Assembly (NCBI GenBank): GCA_021654395.1 | Contig: AP024486.1 | Location: 660,001 to 692,000, forward strand | From: Candidatus Saccharimonadota bacterium | GTDB taxonomy: Archaea; Micrarchaeota; Micrarchaeia; Micrarchaeales; Micrarchaeaceae | Reading direction: 5' to 3' | DNA length: 32,000 nucleotides | Shown here: piece after piece, positions 9,854-17,585 of the stretch | Layout of the letters: each line of letters opens with the position of its first letter | How positions within the stretch are numbered: position 1 is the first letter of the stretch | Position numbers and translations under genes: made by a program | Notes under the pieces: generated by a model | The model's database searches: none | What the model was told of the DNA's origin: nothing | What the model saw: the letters and a program-made list of their open reading frames with translations, nothing else

Positions 9854-10004
9854 AGCTAATTGCAATTGCTTTTTAATAAAATCTTATTTTTATTTAGTAA
9901 TACAAATTTATCTATCTTTATATCTTGCTTTTATTTGACTTAATAGTTTCCCTTATTTAAATATTCGAAAATATATTTATATTAAATAAAAATAAATTTT
10001 AATA

Positions 10005-10610
10005 CTAAATCTTATTTAGCTCTTTTATTAAGGATTTATAATCTTTAAATAATATGCTTCTTATACCAAGCTTAGAAGCACCATTAACATTCTCTTTTAA
10101 ATCATCTATGAATATAATATTATTATAGCTTAGCTTCATTCTATTTAAAGCATAATCAAATGCCTCTTTCTCTGGCTTTCTATGATGAATCTTGAAAGAA
10201 GGAATTATACAGTTAAATAGATATCTATAATCTCTAATTACTTTGCTTAATGCTTTATATCTTGATCTATCAATATTTGATAATACTGCAATCTTATAAT
10301 GCTTCTCTTTTAATCTTTTTATTATATCTATTGTACCTAAGTCTAAGCTTGAGTTCTCAGAGAAATCCTCAACCCATCTAAGATCCTTTGCCTTTATTCC
10401 TAATCTATCTGATATAATCTTTTTGAATTCTCTATAGCTTATAATACCTTTCTCAAAGTCTATTAAAGGCTTTGACTCTATTACAGATCTTACAAGATCA
10501 AAGCTCTTATTACATCTAATAGAAAGCCTTCTATAAAAATCAAGATTATTATATCTTATTATAACACCTCCTGCATCAAATATAAAGCCTTTTATAGGAG
10601 ATTCCAACAT
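10005..10610 (-). CDS. HAD-superfamily hydrolase (subfamily IA-like)
   Basis: Motif I is FIFDAGGVII, motif II is VLSN, and motifs III/IV are HRKPEKEAF...IFIDDLKENVNGA. The tracked start at 10616 is GTG. The ATG at 10610 (MLESPIKG) is the likelier start. Confidence 0.75.
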   Translation of the reverse strand: MLESPIKGFIFDAGGVIIRYNNLDFYRRLSIRCNKSFDLVRSVIESKPLIDFEKGIISYREFKKIISDRLGIKAKDLRWVEDFSENSSLDLGTIDIIKRLKEKHYKIAVLSNIDRSRYKALSKVIRDYRYLFNCIIPSFKIHHRKPEKEAFDYALNRMKLSYNNIIFIDDLKENVNGASKLGIRSILFKDYKSLIKELNKI

Positions 10611-10739
10611 AACCACTTTAGCTTATAGAATAATTAGATATATAAGCATTTAAAATAAGCTTATAATAATCTTCATCAAAAGCTTAAGCAATTATGCATA
10701 ATAAAGCTAATAAAACAGCCTTAGAAGCATTATATCCTA

Positions 10740-11111
10740 TTAATTCTTTCTTAAAGGCGCTACTATGCTATCAAATATCTTGTCTAGATCATCAATATCT
10801 TTTATATTATACTTATTAAAGACCTCTGAAGGCTTGTAATACTCTATATAGGTCTTATTATCAGAGTCTTCAAATACATATATCCTTAATGGTGGCTCAA
10901 TACCTGCTTTTAGATTTTGAGAGAATATCTTATATGCATAGTCTGGCCTAAATATCTCAAAGATAAAGTTTCCTTTTATTGAAAAGCCAGCCTTAGCTAA
11001 ACGCTCCTGAGCATTTATAGTATTTATTATAACAAGATTGTTCTTCTTTATCGATTCTTCTAAAGCCTTTAAAGTTTCGTTAAAATTATACTTAGATTCA
11101 AAGATCTCCAT
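10740..11111 (-). CDS. DUF302 domain protein
   Basis: About 123 aa. The size and the ...GNFIFEIFRPDYAYKIF...AGIEPPLRIYVFEDSDNKTYIEYYKPS pattern fit DUF302. The tracked start at 11120 is TTG; the first ATG is at 11111 (MEIFESKY). Confidence 0.7.
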   Translation of the reverse strand: MEIFESKYNFNETLKALEESIKKNNLVIINTINAQERLAKAGFSIKGNFIFEIFRPDYAYKIFSQNLKAGIEPPLRIYVFEDSDNKTYIEYYKPSEVFNKYNIKDIDDLDKIFDSIVAPLRKN

Positions 11112-11150
11112 AATAATCAAAAGTTAATTAATGCAGATATCTTTATAATC

Positions 11151-11312
11151 TTAAAGTAATGAAAGAATAATAAGCAGAAATCCTATTACTGTTATTATAG
11201 TATTTCTAAATAAGCCTAAAGGATACACATACTTATCAAAGAAGGGAAGTATTACTAATATTAAACCTCCAAGCAAGAATATATAGTATCTGTACTTGCT
11301 CTTTATCAGCAT
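11151..11312 (-). CDS. Small membrane protein (53 aa, two hydrophobic helices), absent from the ORF track; candidate accessory subunit of the complex II operon
   Basis: Manual translation gives MLIKSKYRYYIFLLGGLILVILPFFDKYVYPLGLFRNTIITVIGFLLIILSLL*. The ATG at 11312 lies 5 nt after the TGA of the upstream anchor gene (11318-11320), on the same strand. This is a coding prediction only. Confidence 0.45.
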   Translation of the reverse strand: MLIKSKYRYYIFLLGGLILVILPFFDKYVYPLGLFRNTIITVIGFLLIILSLL

Positions 11313-11317
11313 ATTAA

Positions 11318-12031
11318 TCACATTATTTTAAATATTATAAAGTCTATAGGCAATCCAGCTGTTAAGCCTCTTAGATATAGATCTGTAAAGATTATGAATA
11401 TTAAGCTGATCCATGCAAGCTCCTCATGATGCTTGTTTGCATTAGACTGTCTAGCATAAAGCTTATAGAAGAAGCAGTTTTCGCAATTAAATGCTCTTAA
11501 CCTTCCTCCAACAATATTCCTTAATGAATGGCATGAAAATACATATGCTGTAATAAGCAATGCGTTTATTATTAGTATTATATTTCCTAAACGCAGTACA
11601 AATGCATGATATAATGAATATGTATATGCAAATGATAGATATATATCATAATAGAAGAAAGGAAGTATTAAGATAGCTGCATAAAGAAAGTATCTATGCA
11701 GATACTCTATCTTAAATATGCTATACTTTTCTCCTGAGTAGCCTCTATTTACATCTTTGCTCCAGTTATCTGCGCTGCATGCAACAGGATGCTTAAAGAT
11801 ATGCCTATTATAATCCTTTCTATAGGCATAGCATGTTAATCTATATAATGCAACTAACGGCAATACTAAAACAGTTGGAGAGTAGAAAGGATCTATATAA
11901 CCATCTATCTCCTTAACAGGAAAGATGAAGAATGCTAATCCTGCTAGTATAAGCAATACTATAAACGAATATAGTCTGAAGTTGCTCTCTCTAAACTCAT
12001 ACGGTATTATATTCTTAAAATCTACATTCAT
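11318..12031 (-). CDS. Putative complex II membrane anchor subunit (polytopic, Cys/His-rich; non-classical SdhC)
   Basis: 237 aa with about 5 hydrophobic segments. Its ATG overlaps the sdhB stop (ATGA at 12031-12028). Motifs are YRLTCYAYRKDY, HPVAC, HRYF, SCHSLRNIVGG, NCENC and KHH. Assignment rests on operon position plus recalled resemblance to actinobacterial-type single-anchor SDH subunits. Confidence 0.55.
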   Translation of the reverse strand: MNVDFKNIIPYEFRESNFRLYSFIVLLILAGLAFFIFPVKEIDGYIDPFYSPTVLVLPLVALYRLTCYAYRKDYNRHIFKHPVACSADNWSKDVNRGYSGEKYSIFKIEYLHRYFLYAAILILPFFYYDIYLSFAYTYSLYHAFVLRLGNIILIINALLITAYVFSCHSLRNIVGGRLRAFNCENCFFYKLYARQSNANKHHEELAWISLIFIIFTDLYLRGLTAGLPIDFIIFKIM

Positions 12032-12765
12032 CTATCTCTACCTTTAAGCTTAGATACAAGCTTATATAATGGATCTTTCCTATTAAGCAGTCTCTCTTTC
12101 TCTGGTATTATAGCATTATCTGTGATCCTTATATGCTCTGGGCATACCTCTTGACAGCACTTTGTAACATTGCAGAAGTTTAATCCAGATCTATCTAAAA
12201 ATTCTGTTCTATCCTCTGAATCCAATGGATGAAAGTCATATATCGCTGTTTTAATAACATTCCTTGGACCAATATAATAGTTATCTTTATGATTTCTAAA
12301 AACGTGGCATGAGTCTTGACATAAGAAGCATTCTATACATCTCTTAAACTCTTGAGCTCTCTCAACGCTGATCTGCTGCATCTGCCATATCTGAGGAAGC
12401 CCAGGCTTTGGATTAAACTTAGGTATCTTCTTAGCATACTCAAAGTTTATTGATACATCAGTTACAAGATCCTTAACAATCTTAAATGCTTTCATAGGCT
12501 CTATAGTGATTGTATCTCCTAAATCAGAGACTCTTGTCTTACACATTAAGCGAGGCTTACCATTAATCTCAGCAGAGCAGGATCCACATCTTGCTGCCTT
12601 ACAGTTCCATCTTACTGCTAATGTTGTATCAATCATCTGCGATATATATATTACAGCATCTAACACAACCATTCCTTCTTTTACATCTACCTCATATTCC
12701 TTAAAGTAAGGCTCTTTATCCTTATTAGGATCAAATCTAAAGATTCTAAACTTCTTCTTAGTCAT
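12028..12765 (-). CDS. sdhB: Succinate dehydrogenase/fumarate reductase iron-sulfur subunit
   Basis: Three cluster motifs are present: CKAARCGSCSAEINGKPRLMC (2Fe-2S), CIECFLCQDSCHV (4Fe-4S) and CNVTKCCQEVCPEHI (3Fe-4S). The likely start is the ATG at 12765 (MTKKKFRIF), preceded by AGGAAGAGG inside the sdhA 3' end. The tracked ATG at 12783 would overlap sdhA by 26 nt. Confidence 0.9.
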   Translation of the reverse strand: MTKKKFRIFRFDPNKDKEPYFKEYEVDVKEGMVVLDAVIYISQMIDTTLAVRWNCKAARCGSCSAEINGKPRLMCKTRVSDLGDTITIEPMKAFKIVKDLVTDVSINFEYAKKIPKFNPKPGLPQIWQMQQISVERAQEFKRCIECFLCQDSCHVFRNHKDNYYIGPRNVIKTAIYDFHPLDSEDRTEFLDRSGLNFCNVTKCCQEVCPEHIRITDNAIIPEKERLLNRKDPLYKLVSKLKGRDR

Positions 12766-14488
12766 AAACCTCTTCCTTAACATACTTCTTTAGATCATCA
12801 GGTATCTCTGGAACAGGTATATAAGACATCTTTATATTATTATCATTATAATCAAATACAATATTCTTTAGATAGCTTCTATCTTTCTTTGGATAGTCTT
12901 TTCTGAAATGAGCTCCTCTGCTCTCTTTTCTCTCTATAGCTGCTCTTACAATAAGCTCAGCAAGCAGCAGCATATGATTAAGCTCTAAGCAGCCTAATAA
13001 GCCTTGATTAAATGTTAAGCTGCCTCTAGCTCTTACATTCTTTGCTTTCTCCTTAAGCGAGTATATCTTATTTAAAGCATACTCTAGATCATTAGGATCT
13101 CTTAATATGCCTACCTTATCGCTCATCGTCTGCCTTAGATCCTCTATTATAATATAAGGATCTTGATCCTCTGTTGCTTTATCATCAATATAATCTAGAA
13201 CTCTCTTTACCTCTTGCTCTACCTCAGAATCATCTAGCTTAATGAGATCATGATCCTTAGCATATAAAGCTGCATATATACCAGCTCTTCTTCCAAATAC
13301 TAAGATATCAGCTAAAGAGTTTCCACCTAGACGATTTGCTCCATGCAATCCAGATGCTGCTTCACCTGCGCTGAATAAGCCATCAACTGTTGTTGCTGTT
13401 GTCTCTGGATCAACATATATACCTCCCATAAAGTAATGAACTGTTGGAGCAACCTCCATCTTCTCTTTTGTTATATCAACGCCTGCAAACTCTTTAAACT
13501 GCTCATACATTGCAGGAAGCTTCTTCTTAATAAATGCTGCTCCTTTATGTGTTATATCTAGATAAACACCTCCATGCTCTGTGCCTCTTCCTTCTATTAT
13601 CTCTCTATATATAGCTCTTGCAACAACATCTCTTGCATCTAGCTCCTTCTTCTCTGGAGAGTATCTAAGCATAAAGCGCTCTCCATTCTTATTCAGCAGA
13701 ATACCTCCTTCTCCTCTTACTCCTTCTGTTACTAATAAGCCTCTAACACCTTCTGGCCATACCATTCCTGTTGGATGAAACTGAACCATCTCCATATCTC
13801 TTAATCTTGCTCCTATCTGAAATGCTAGAGAGATTCCATCGCCTGTTGATTCATGAGAGTTAGATGTTACCTTGTATATTCTGCCTAAGCCACCAGTTGC
13901 AACTATAATAGCTTTAGCGCTAATAGCATAGAATATGCCTTCTCTTAGGCTCCATGCAACTGCTCCTATAGCTCTATTGTTCTTTGCAAACAGCTTTGTA
14001 ACAACTGTCTCATCTAAGATCTTTACATTATCTCTATAAAGTATCTGATCCTCTAAGACTCTTATGATCTCTAAGCCTGTCTTATCTCCTATATGGCATA
14101 ATCTTCTATAAGTATGAGCACCAAATGCTCTTTGCATTATCTTTCCTTCAGGAGTTCTATCAAATAATGCTCCATAGCGCTCTAGCTCATAGACTCTTTC
14201 TGGTGCCTCTTTTGCTAGAAGCTCTGCCATCCTATAATTTCCTATATAGACGCCTTCAACTATTGTATCAGCAAAGTGAACAGTCCAGTTATCTTGAGGA
14301 TCAACATCTCCTAATGATGCAGCTATACCTCCCTCTGCCATTACTGTATGTGCCTTGCCTAAAACAGACTTTGTAAGGATTAAGCACGATAGATTTGCTT
14401 GAGATATCTCTAATGCTGCTCTTAAGCCCGCGCCCCCTGCTCCTATAATGAGCACATCTGTATCTATCTTCTTAATCTCAGGATTCAT
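12758..14488 (-). CDS. sdhA: Succinate dehydrogenase/fumarate reductase flavoprotein subunit
   Basis: 576 aa. It has the FAD fold DVLIIGAGGAGLRAAL, AHTVMAEGGI (the His expected for covalent FAD), FHPTG, and RGAHFR near the C-terminus. Confidence 0.92.
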   Translation of the reverse strand: MNPEIKKIDTDVLIIGAGGAGLRAALEISQANLSCLILTKSVLGKAHTVMAEGGIAASLGDVDPQDNWTVHFADTIVEGVYIGNYRMAELLAKEAPERVYELERYGALFDRTPEGKIMQRAFGAHTYRRLCHIGDKTGLEIIRVLEDQILYRDNVKILDETVVTKLFAKNNRAIGAVAWSLREGIFYAISAKAIIVATGGLGRIYKVTSNSHESTGDGISLAFQIGARLRDMEMVQFHPTGMVWPEGVRGLLVTEGVRGEGGILLNKNGERFMLRYSPEKKELDARDVVARAIYREIIEGRGTEHGGVYLDITHKGAAFIKKKLPAMYEQFKEFAGVDITKEKMEVAPTVHYFMGGIYVDPETTATTVDGLFSAGEAASGLHGANRLGGNSLADILVFGRRAGIYAALYAKDHDLIKLDDSEVEQEVKRVLDYIDDKATEDQDPYIIIEDLRQTMSDKVGILRDPNDLEYALNKIYSLKEKAKNVRARGSLTFNQGLLGCLELNHMLLLAELIVRAAIERKESRGAHFRKDYPKKDRSYLKNIVFDYNDNNIKMSYIPVPEIPDDLKKYVKEEVYD

Positions 14489-14543
14489 TAGAATAAAGCT
14501 TTATATTTAAAAAATAAAAAGCTTTCTTAAGAAATAGAATATA

Positions 14544-15620
14544 TCACTTCTTTCTGGATCTTGAATAGCCACCTGATTCATTAGAGCTTTCTGTATTAGA
14601 TGAGCTTTGATTATCTGATGAAGTACTGCCTGTAAGATTATTTAAGCCGAGTATGCCTAATGGTGTTGGCAAGCTAAATCCTTTGCTTTCTGTTGGTATA
14701 AATATTATCAGATTTCTTCCTGTTGTACTTATCTCGTACATCATATTTAATGCTCTAAGCTGCATCGCAAACATGTTATTTCTATACTTCTCAGCTGCCT
14801 CTAGCATCTTATCTGCAGCTAGAGACTCACTCTCTGCTAATAGCACTCTTGCATTCTTCTCTCTTTCTGCTGTTGCGACCTTTGCCATTGCTGTCTGCAG
14901 GTCCATAGGTATCGTTACATCCCTTATCTCAACTCCTAATATTGCTATACCCCAGTTAACCACTTTCTCTGATAGGAATGTCTTTATGCTTGCACCTACA
15001 GAGTTTCTCTCTGAGAGTAACGTTGCTAGATCGTTCTGTCCAATTACATCTCTCAATGCTGTCTGAGCTGCAAGAGATATAGAATCAACATAATTCTGAA
15101 CATTAAGTATTGCTTTCTCAGGATCTATGACCTGCCAGAAAAGTATCGCTTCTACATCCACAGGTACATTGTCTTTAGTTAATGTCTTCTCAGCGCTAAA
15201 TGGCATGCTTCTAACTCTTAGATCTATCTTTATTGGAGTTGATTCTATAATCGGAATAATAAAGTATAGTCCTGGCCCTATCAACCCAGCATACTTTCCT
15301 AGATGCAGCACTGCTAATCTATCCCACTGATTAACAATCCTTAATGATAATGCCAATACCACAATAAGGACAAATATAAACACTATAAATGCTAAGATAA
15401 GATTAAGAGTAAGCAAGTAGATAATAAGTGTTATTAGTAATATAACCAATAGATCTATAGCTGCTGGTACAGTATTGCCTCTAGAAGCTATTGATACATT
15501 CATTCCGCCCAAAGAGGAGCCACTGCTGCTTGATTGAGTATTGTTACTGCTATTGTTATCATTATTTACATTAGGATTGCTTGCATTATTAGCCTCTGAA
15601 TCTTTTTGATTAACCTTCAT
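14544..15620 (-). CDS. SPFH/band-7 (stomatin-type) membrane protein with Asn/Ser-rich low-complexity termini
   Basis: 358 aa. One TM region is followed by a stomatin core (VNQWDRLAVLHLGKYAGLIGPGLYFIIP...RDVTIPMDLQTAMAKVATAEREKNARV). The N-terminal ~40 aa and C-terminal ~25 aa are N/S-rich. An alternative start at internal M40 cannot be excluded. Confidence 0.85.
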   Translation of the reverse strand: MKVNQKDSEANNASNPNVNNDNNSSNNTQSSSSGSSLGGMNVSIASRGNTVPAAIDLLVILLITLIIYLLTLNLILAFIVFIFVLIVVLALSLRIVNQWDRLAVLHLGKYAGLIGPGLYFIIPIIESTPIKIDLRVRSMPFSAEKTLTKDNVPVDVEAILFWQVIDPEKAILNVQNYVDSISLAAQTALRDVIGQNDLATLLSERNSVGASIKTFLSEKVVNWGIAILGVEIRDVTIPMDLQTAMAKVATAEREKNARVLLAESESLAADKMLEAAEKYRNNMFAMQLRALNMMYEISTTGRNLIIFIPTESKGFSLPTPLGILGLNNLTGSTSSDNQSSSNTESSNESGGYSRSRKK

Positions 15621-15856
15621 CTATCTCACTATATAATTCTAAATTTAAGATATAATCTTTATAAAGCTTATTAATTAGCTGATCTGGCTCTTAAAATTAA
15701 CAGAATTATACTTTAATAGAATATGCTTATCTACTTAATGCTATTACCTAGATCGCTACAGCTAATCTTATAGCATATATAGATATAGTATAAGCTAAAA
15801 GGCTTAAAATGATAATCTTTTAAAAGTAAGAATCCATAATAATAAAGAGGATTAAG

Positions 15857-17014
15857 ATGAGAGTTATAGTATTAGGGGGAGATGGATATCTAGGATGGGC
15901 ATTAACATTAAGGCTAATAGCAAGAGGTTATGAAGTAGTAGCTGTAGATAATCTTTATACAAGAAGAGCAGTAGAGGAGTGTGGATCTACATCTGCATTG
16001 CCCATACTCAATACTGTAGAGAGAGCAAAGGCTATAAAAGAGATCTTTGATGGAAATTATAAGTTCTATATGGCAGATGTTACTGATTATCATGAGCTAT
16101 ACAAGATAATAGAAGAGAGTAAGCCAGATGCGATCGTTCACTTTGCAGAGCAGAGATCTGCTCCTTACTCTATGAGAAGCGCAAGACATGCTGCTTATAC
16201 AATGTATAATAATATAGTAAGCACAATAAATCTGATATATGCTGTAAAGGAGATAGATAAGAATATACATATAGTAAAGATGGGAACTTTAGGAGAGTAT
16301 GGAACACCTAACTTTGATATTCCAGAGTCAGCATTTGTTGATGCTCATATAAATGATAAGAAAGATAGCATAATAGTACCAAAGTTTGCGAACTCGTGGT
16401 ATCATTGGTCAAAGGTACATGATACAAACAATCTAATATTTGCAAATAAGCTATGGGGTATAACAGTAACTGATATAATGCAAGGACCAGTATACGGAAG
16501 CAGAACAAAGGATATAAGAGATGAGAGATTATTTACAAGATTAGACTTTGATGAGACATGGGGCACAGTACTTAATAGATTCTGCGTTGAGGCTGTATTA
16601 GGATTACCATTAACTGTTTATGGAAGGGGAGGACAGACAAGAGGCTTTCTCTCATTAGAAGACAGTGTAGAAGCGTTAGCTAGACTTATAGAGCATCCGC
16701 CAGAGACTGGAGGATACAGAGTTGTTAATCAGTTCACTCAAGCATACTCGATAAATGAGCTAGCAAAGATTGTAAGTAATGCTGCAGCGAAGCTAGGAAT
16801 TGAAGTAAAAGCAGATCATATAGAGAATCCAAGAGTTGAAAAGGAGGAGCATTACTATAATCCTGAGAGAAAGGTACTACCGAGCTTAGGATTAAGTAAG
16901 CCATCTGTAGATATCGAAGATGCAGTATATGAGATTATAAGAGATCTATCTAACTATAAAGAAAGACTAGAGGCTTATAAAGAGGTTATAATGCCCAAAG
17001 TTAGATGGAGATAG
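15857..17014 (+). CDS. UDP-sulfoquinovose synthase (SQD1/SqdB/Agl3 family SDR)
   Basis: 385 aa. There is long collinear similarity to recalled SQD1 blocks: VLGGDGYLGWA, VDNL, HFAEQRSAPYSM, NN(I/V), GTLGEYGTPN, SWYHWSKVHD, LNRFCVEA, LTVYGRGGQTRGFL, VNQFTQ and NPRVEKEEHYYNP. AAGAGGA lies 6 nt upstream of the ATG. Confidence 0.85.
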   Translation: MRVIVLGGDGYLGWALTLRLIARGYEVVAVDNLYTRRAVEECGSTSALPILNTVERAKAIKEIFDGNYKFYMADVTDYHELYKIIEESKPDAIVHFAEQRSAPYSMRSARHAAYTMYNNIVSTINLIYAVKEIDKNIHIVKMGTLGEYGTPNFDIPESAFVDAHINDKKDSIIVPKFANSWYHWSKVHDTNNLIFANKLWGITVTDIMQGPVYGSRTKDIRDERLFTRLDFDETWGTVLNRFCVEAVLGLPLTVYGRGGQTRGFLSLEDSVEALARLIEHPPETGGYRVVNQFTQAYSINELAKIVSNAAAKLGIEVKADHIENPRVEKEEHYYNPERKVLPSLGLSKPSVDIEDAVYEIIRDLSNYKERLEAYKEVIMPKVRWR

Positions 17015-17139
17015 ATCTATCTATATATATCTTTAAATAGAACTTAATTATACAAATTAATTCTACAAATAAGCCTTTGTAATGTTTATAGAAAGATTTA
17101 TATATTTGTCTTGCATAAATAATTAGGAATGGTGGTTTT

Positions 17140-17514
17140 ATGGACGTAAGTAAAGTAAGATTGTTAGTAACAGCAGTATTGGCAATTCTGTCTATATCTA
17201 CAATAGCTTTTAGTCAGTCTTCAGTATCAACAACATTATCATCTACACTGTGCAGCATCTTCAATACAATAAAGTCAGTGATATTCATACTAGGAATAAC
17301 ATTGATAGTATTAGGAGCAGCACTGTATGCAGCTGCACATCTAACACCAGAGAGACTAAGAGAGAAGTTTACAGAGTATGGATATGCAATGATACTAGGA
17401 GGAATAGTAGGAGTCATAATAGCGCTATTGGCACTACCAATCCTTAATATAATAGTAAGCGCTGGAGGTAGCAACGCGATAATATCACAGCAGTCAGCAA
17501 CAAGCATATGCTAA
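17140..17514 (+). CDS. Small secreted/membrane protein with VirB2/TrbC (type IV secretion pilin)-like topology
   Basis: 124 aa. A signal peptide (MDVSKVRLLVTAVLAILSISTIAFS|Q) is followed by helix 1 (SVIFILGITLIVLGAALYAAAHL), a charged loop (TPERLREKFTEYG) and helix 2 (YAMILGGIVGVIIALLALPILNIIV). GGTGG lies upstream of the ATG, and a hairpin with a T-run lies at the stop. The family assignment is topological and pattern-based only. Confidence 0.5.
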   Translation: MDVSKVRLLVTAVLAILSISTIAFSQSSVSTTLSSTLCSIFNTIKSVIFILGITLIVLGAALYAAAHLTPERLREKFTEYGYAMILGGIVGVIIALLALPILNIIVSAGGSNAIISQQSATSIC

Positions 17515-17532
17515 AGGCATATGCTTCTTTTT
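17502..17532 (+). terminator. Stem-loop plus T-run at the 3' end of the 17140-17514 gene
   Basis: AAGCATATGC (17502-17511) pairs perfectly with GCATATGCTT (17517-26) across a 5-nt loop, TAAAG, that contains the stop codon. CTTTTT follows the stem. It sits between convergent genes and could act in both directions. Confidence 0.45.
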
Positions 17533-17585
17533 CTATCTTTATCTTTTTATTATTTATACAATCTTTTATTTCTATAATTATAATA

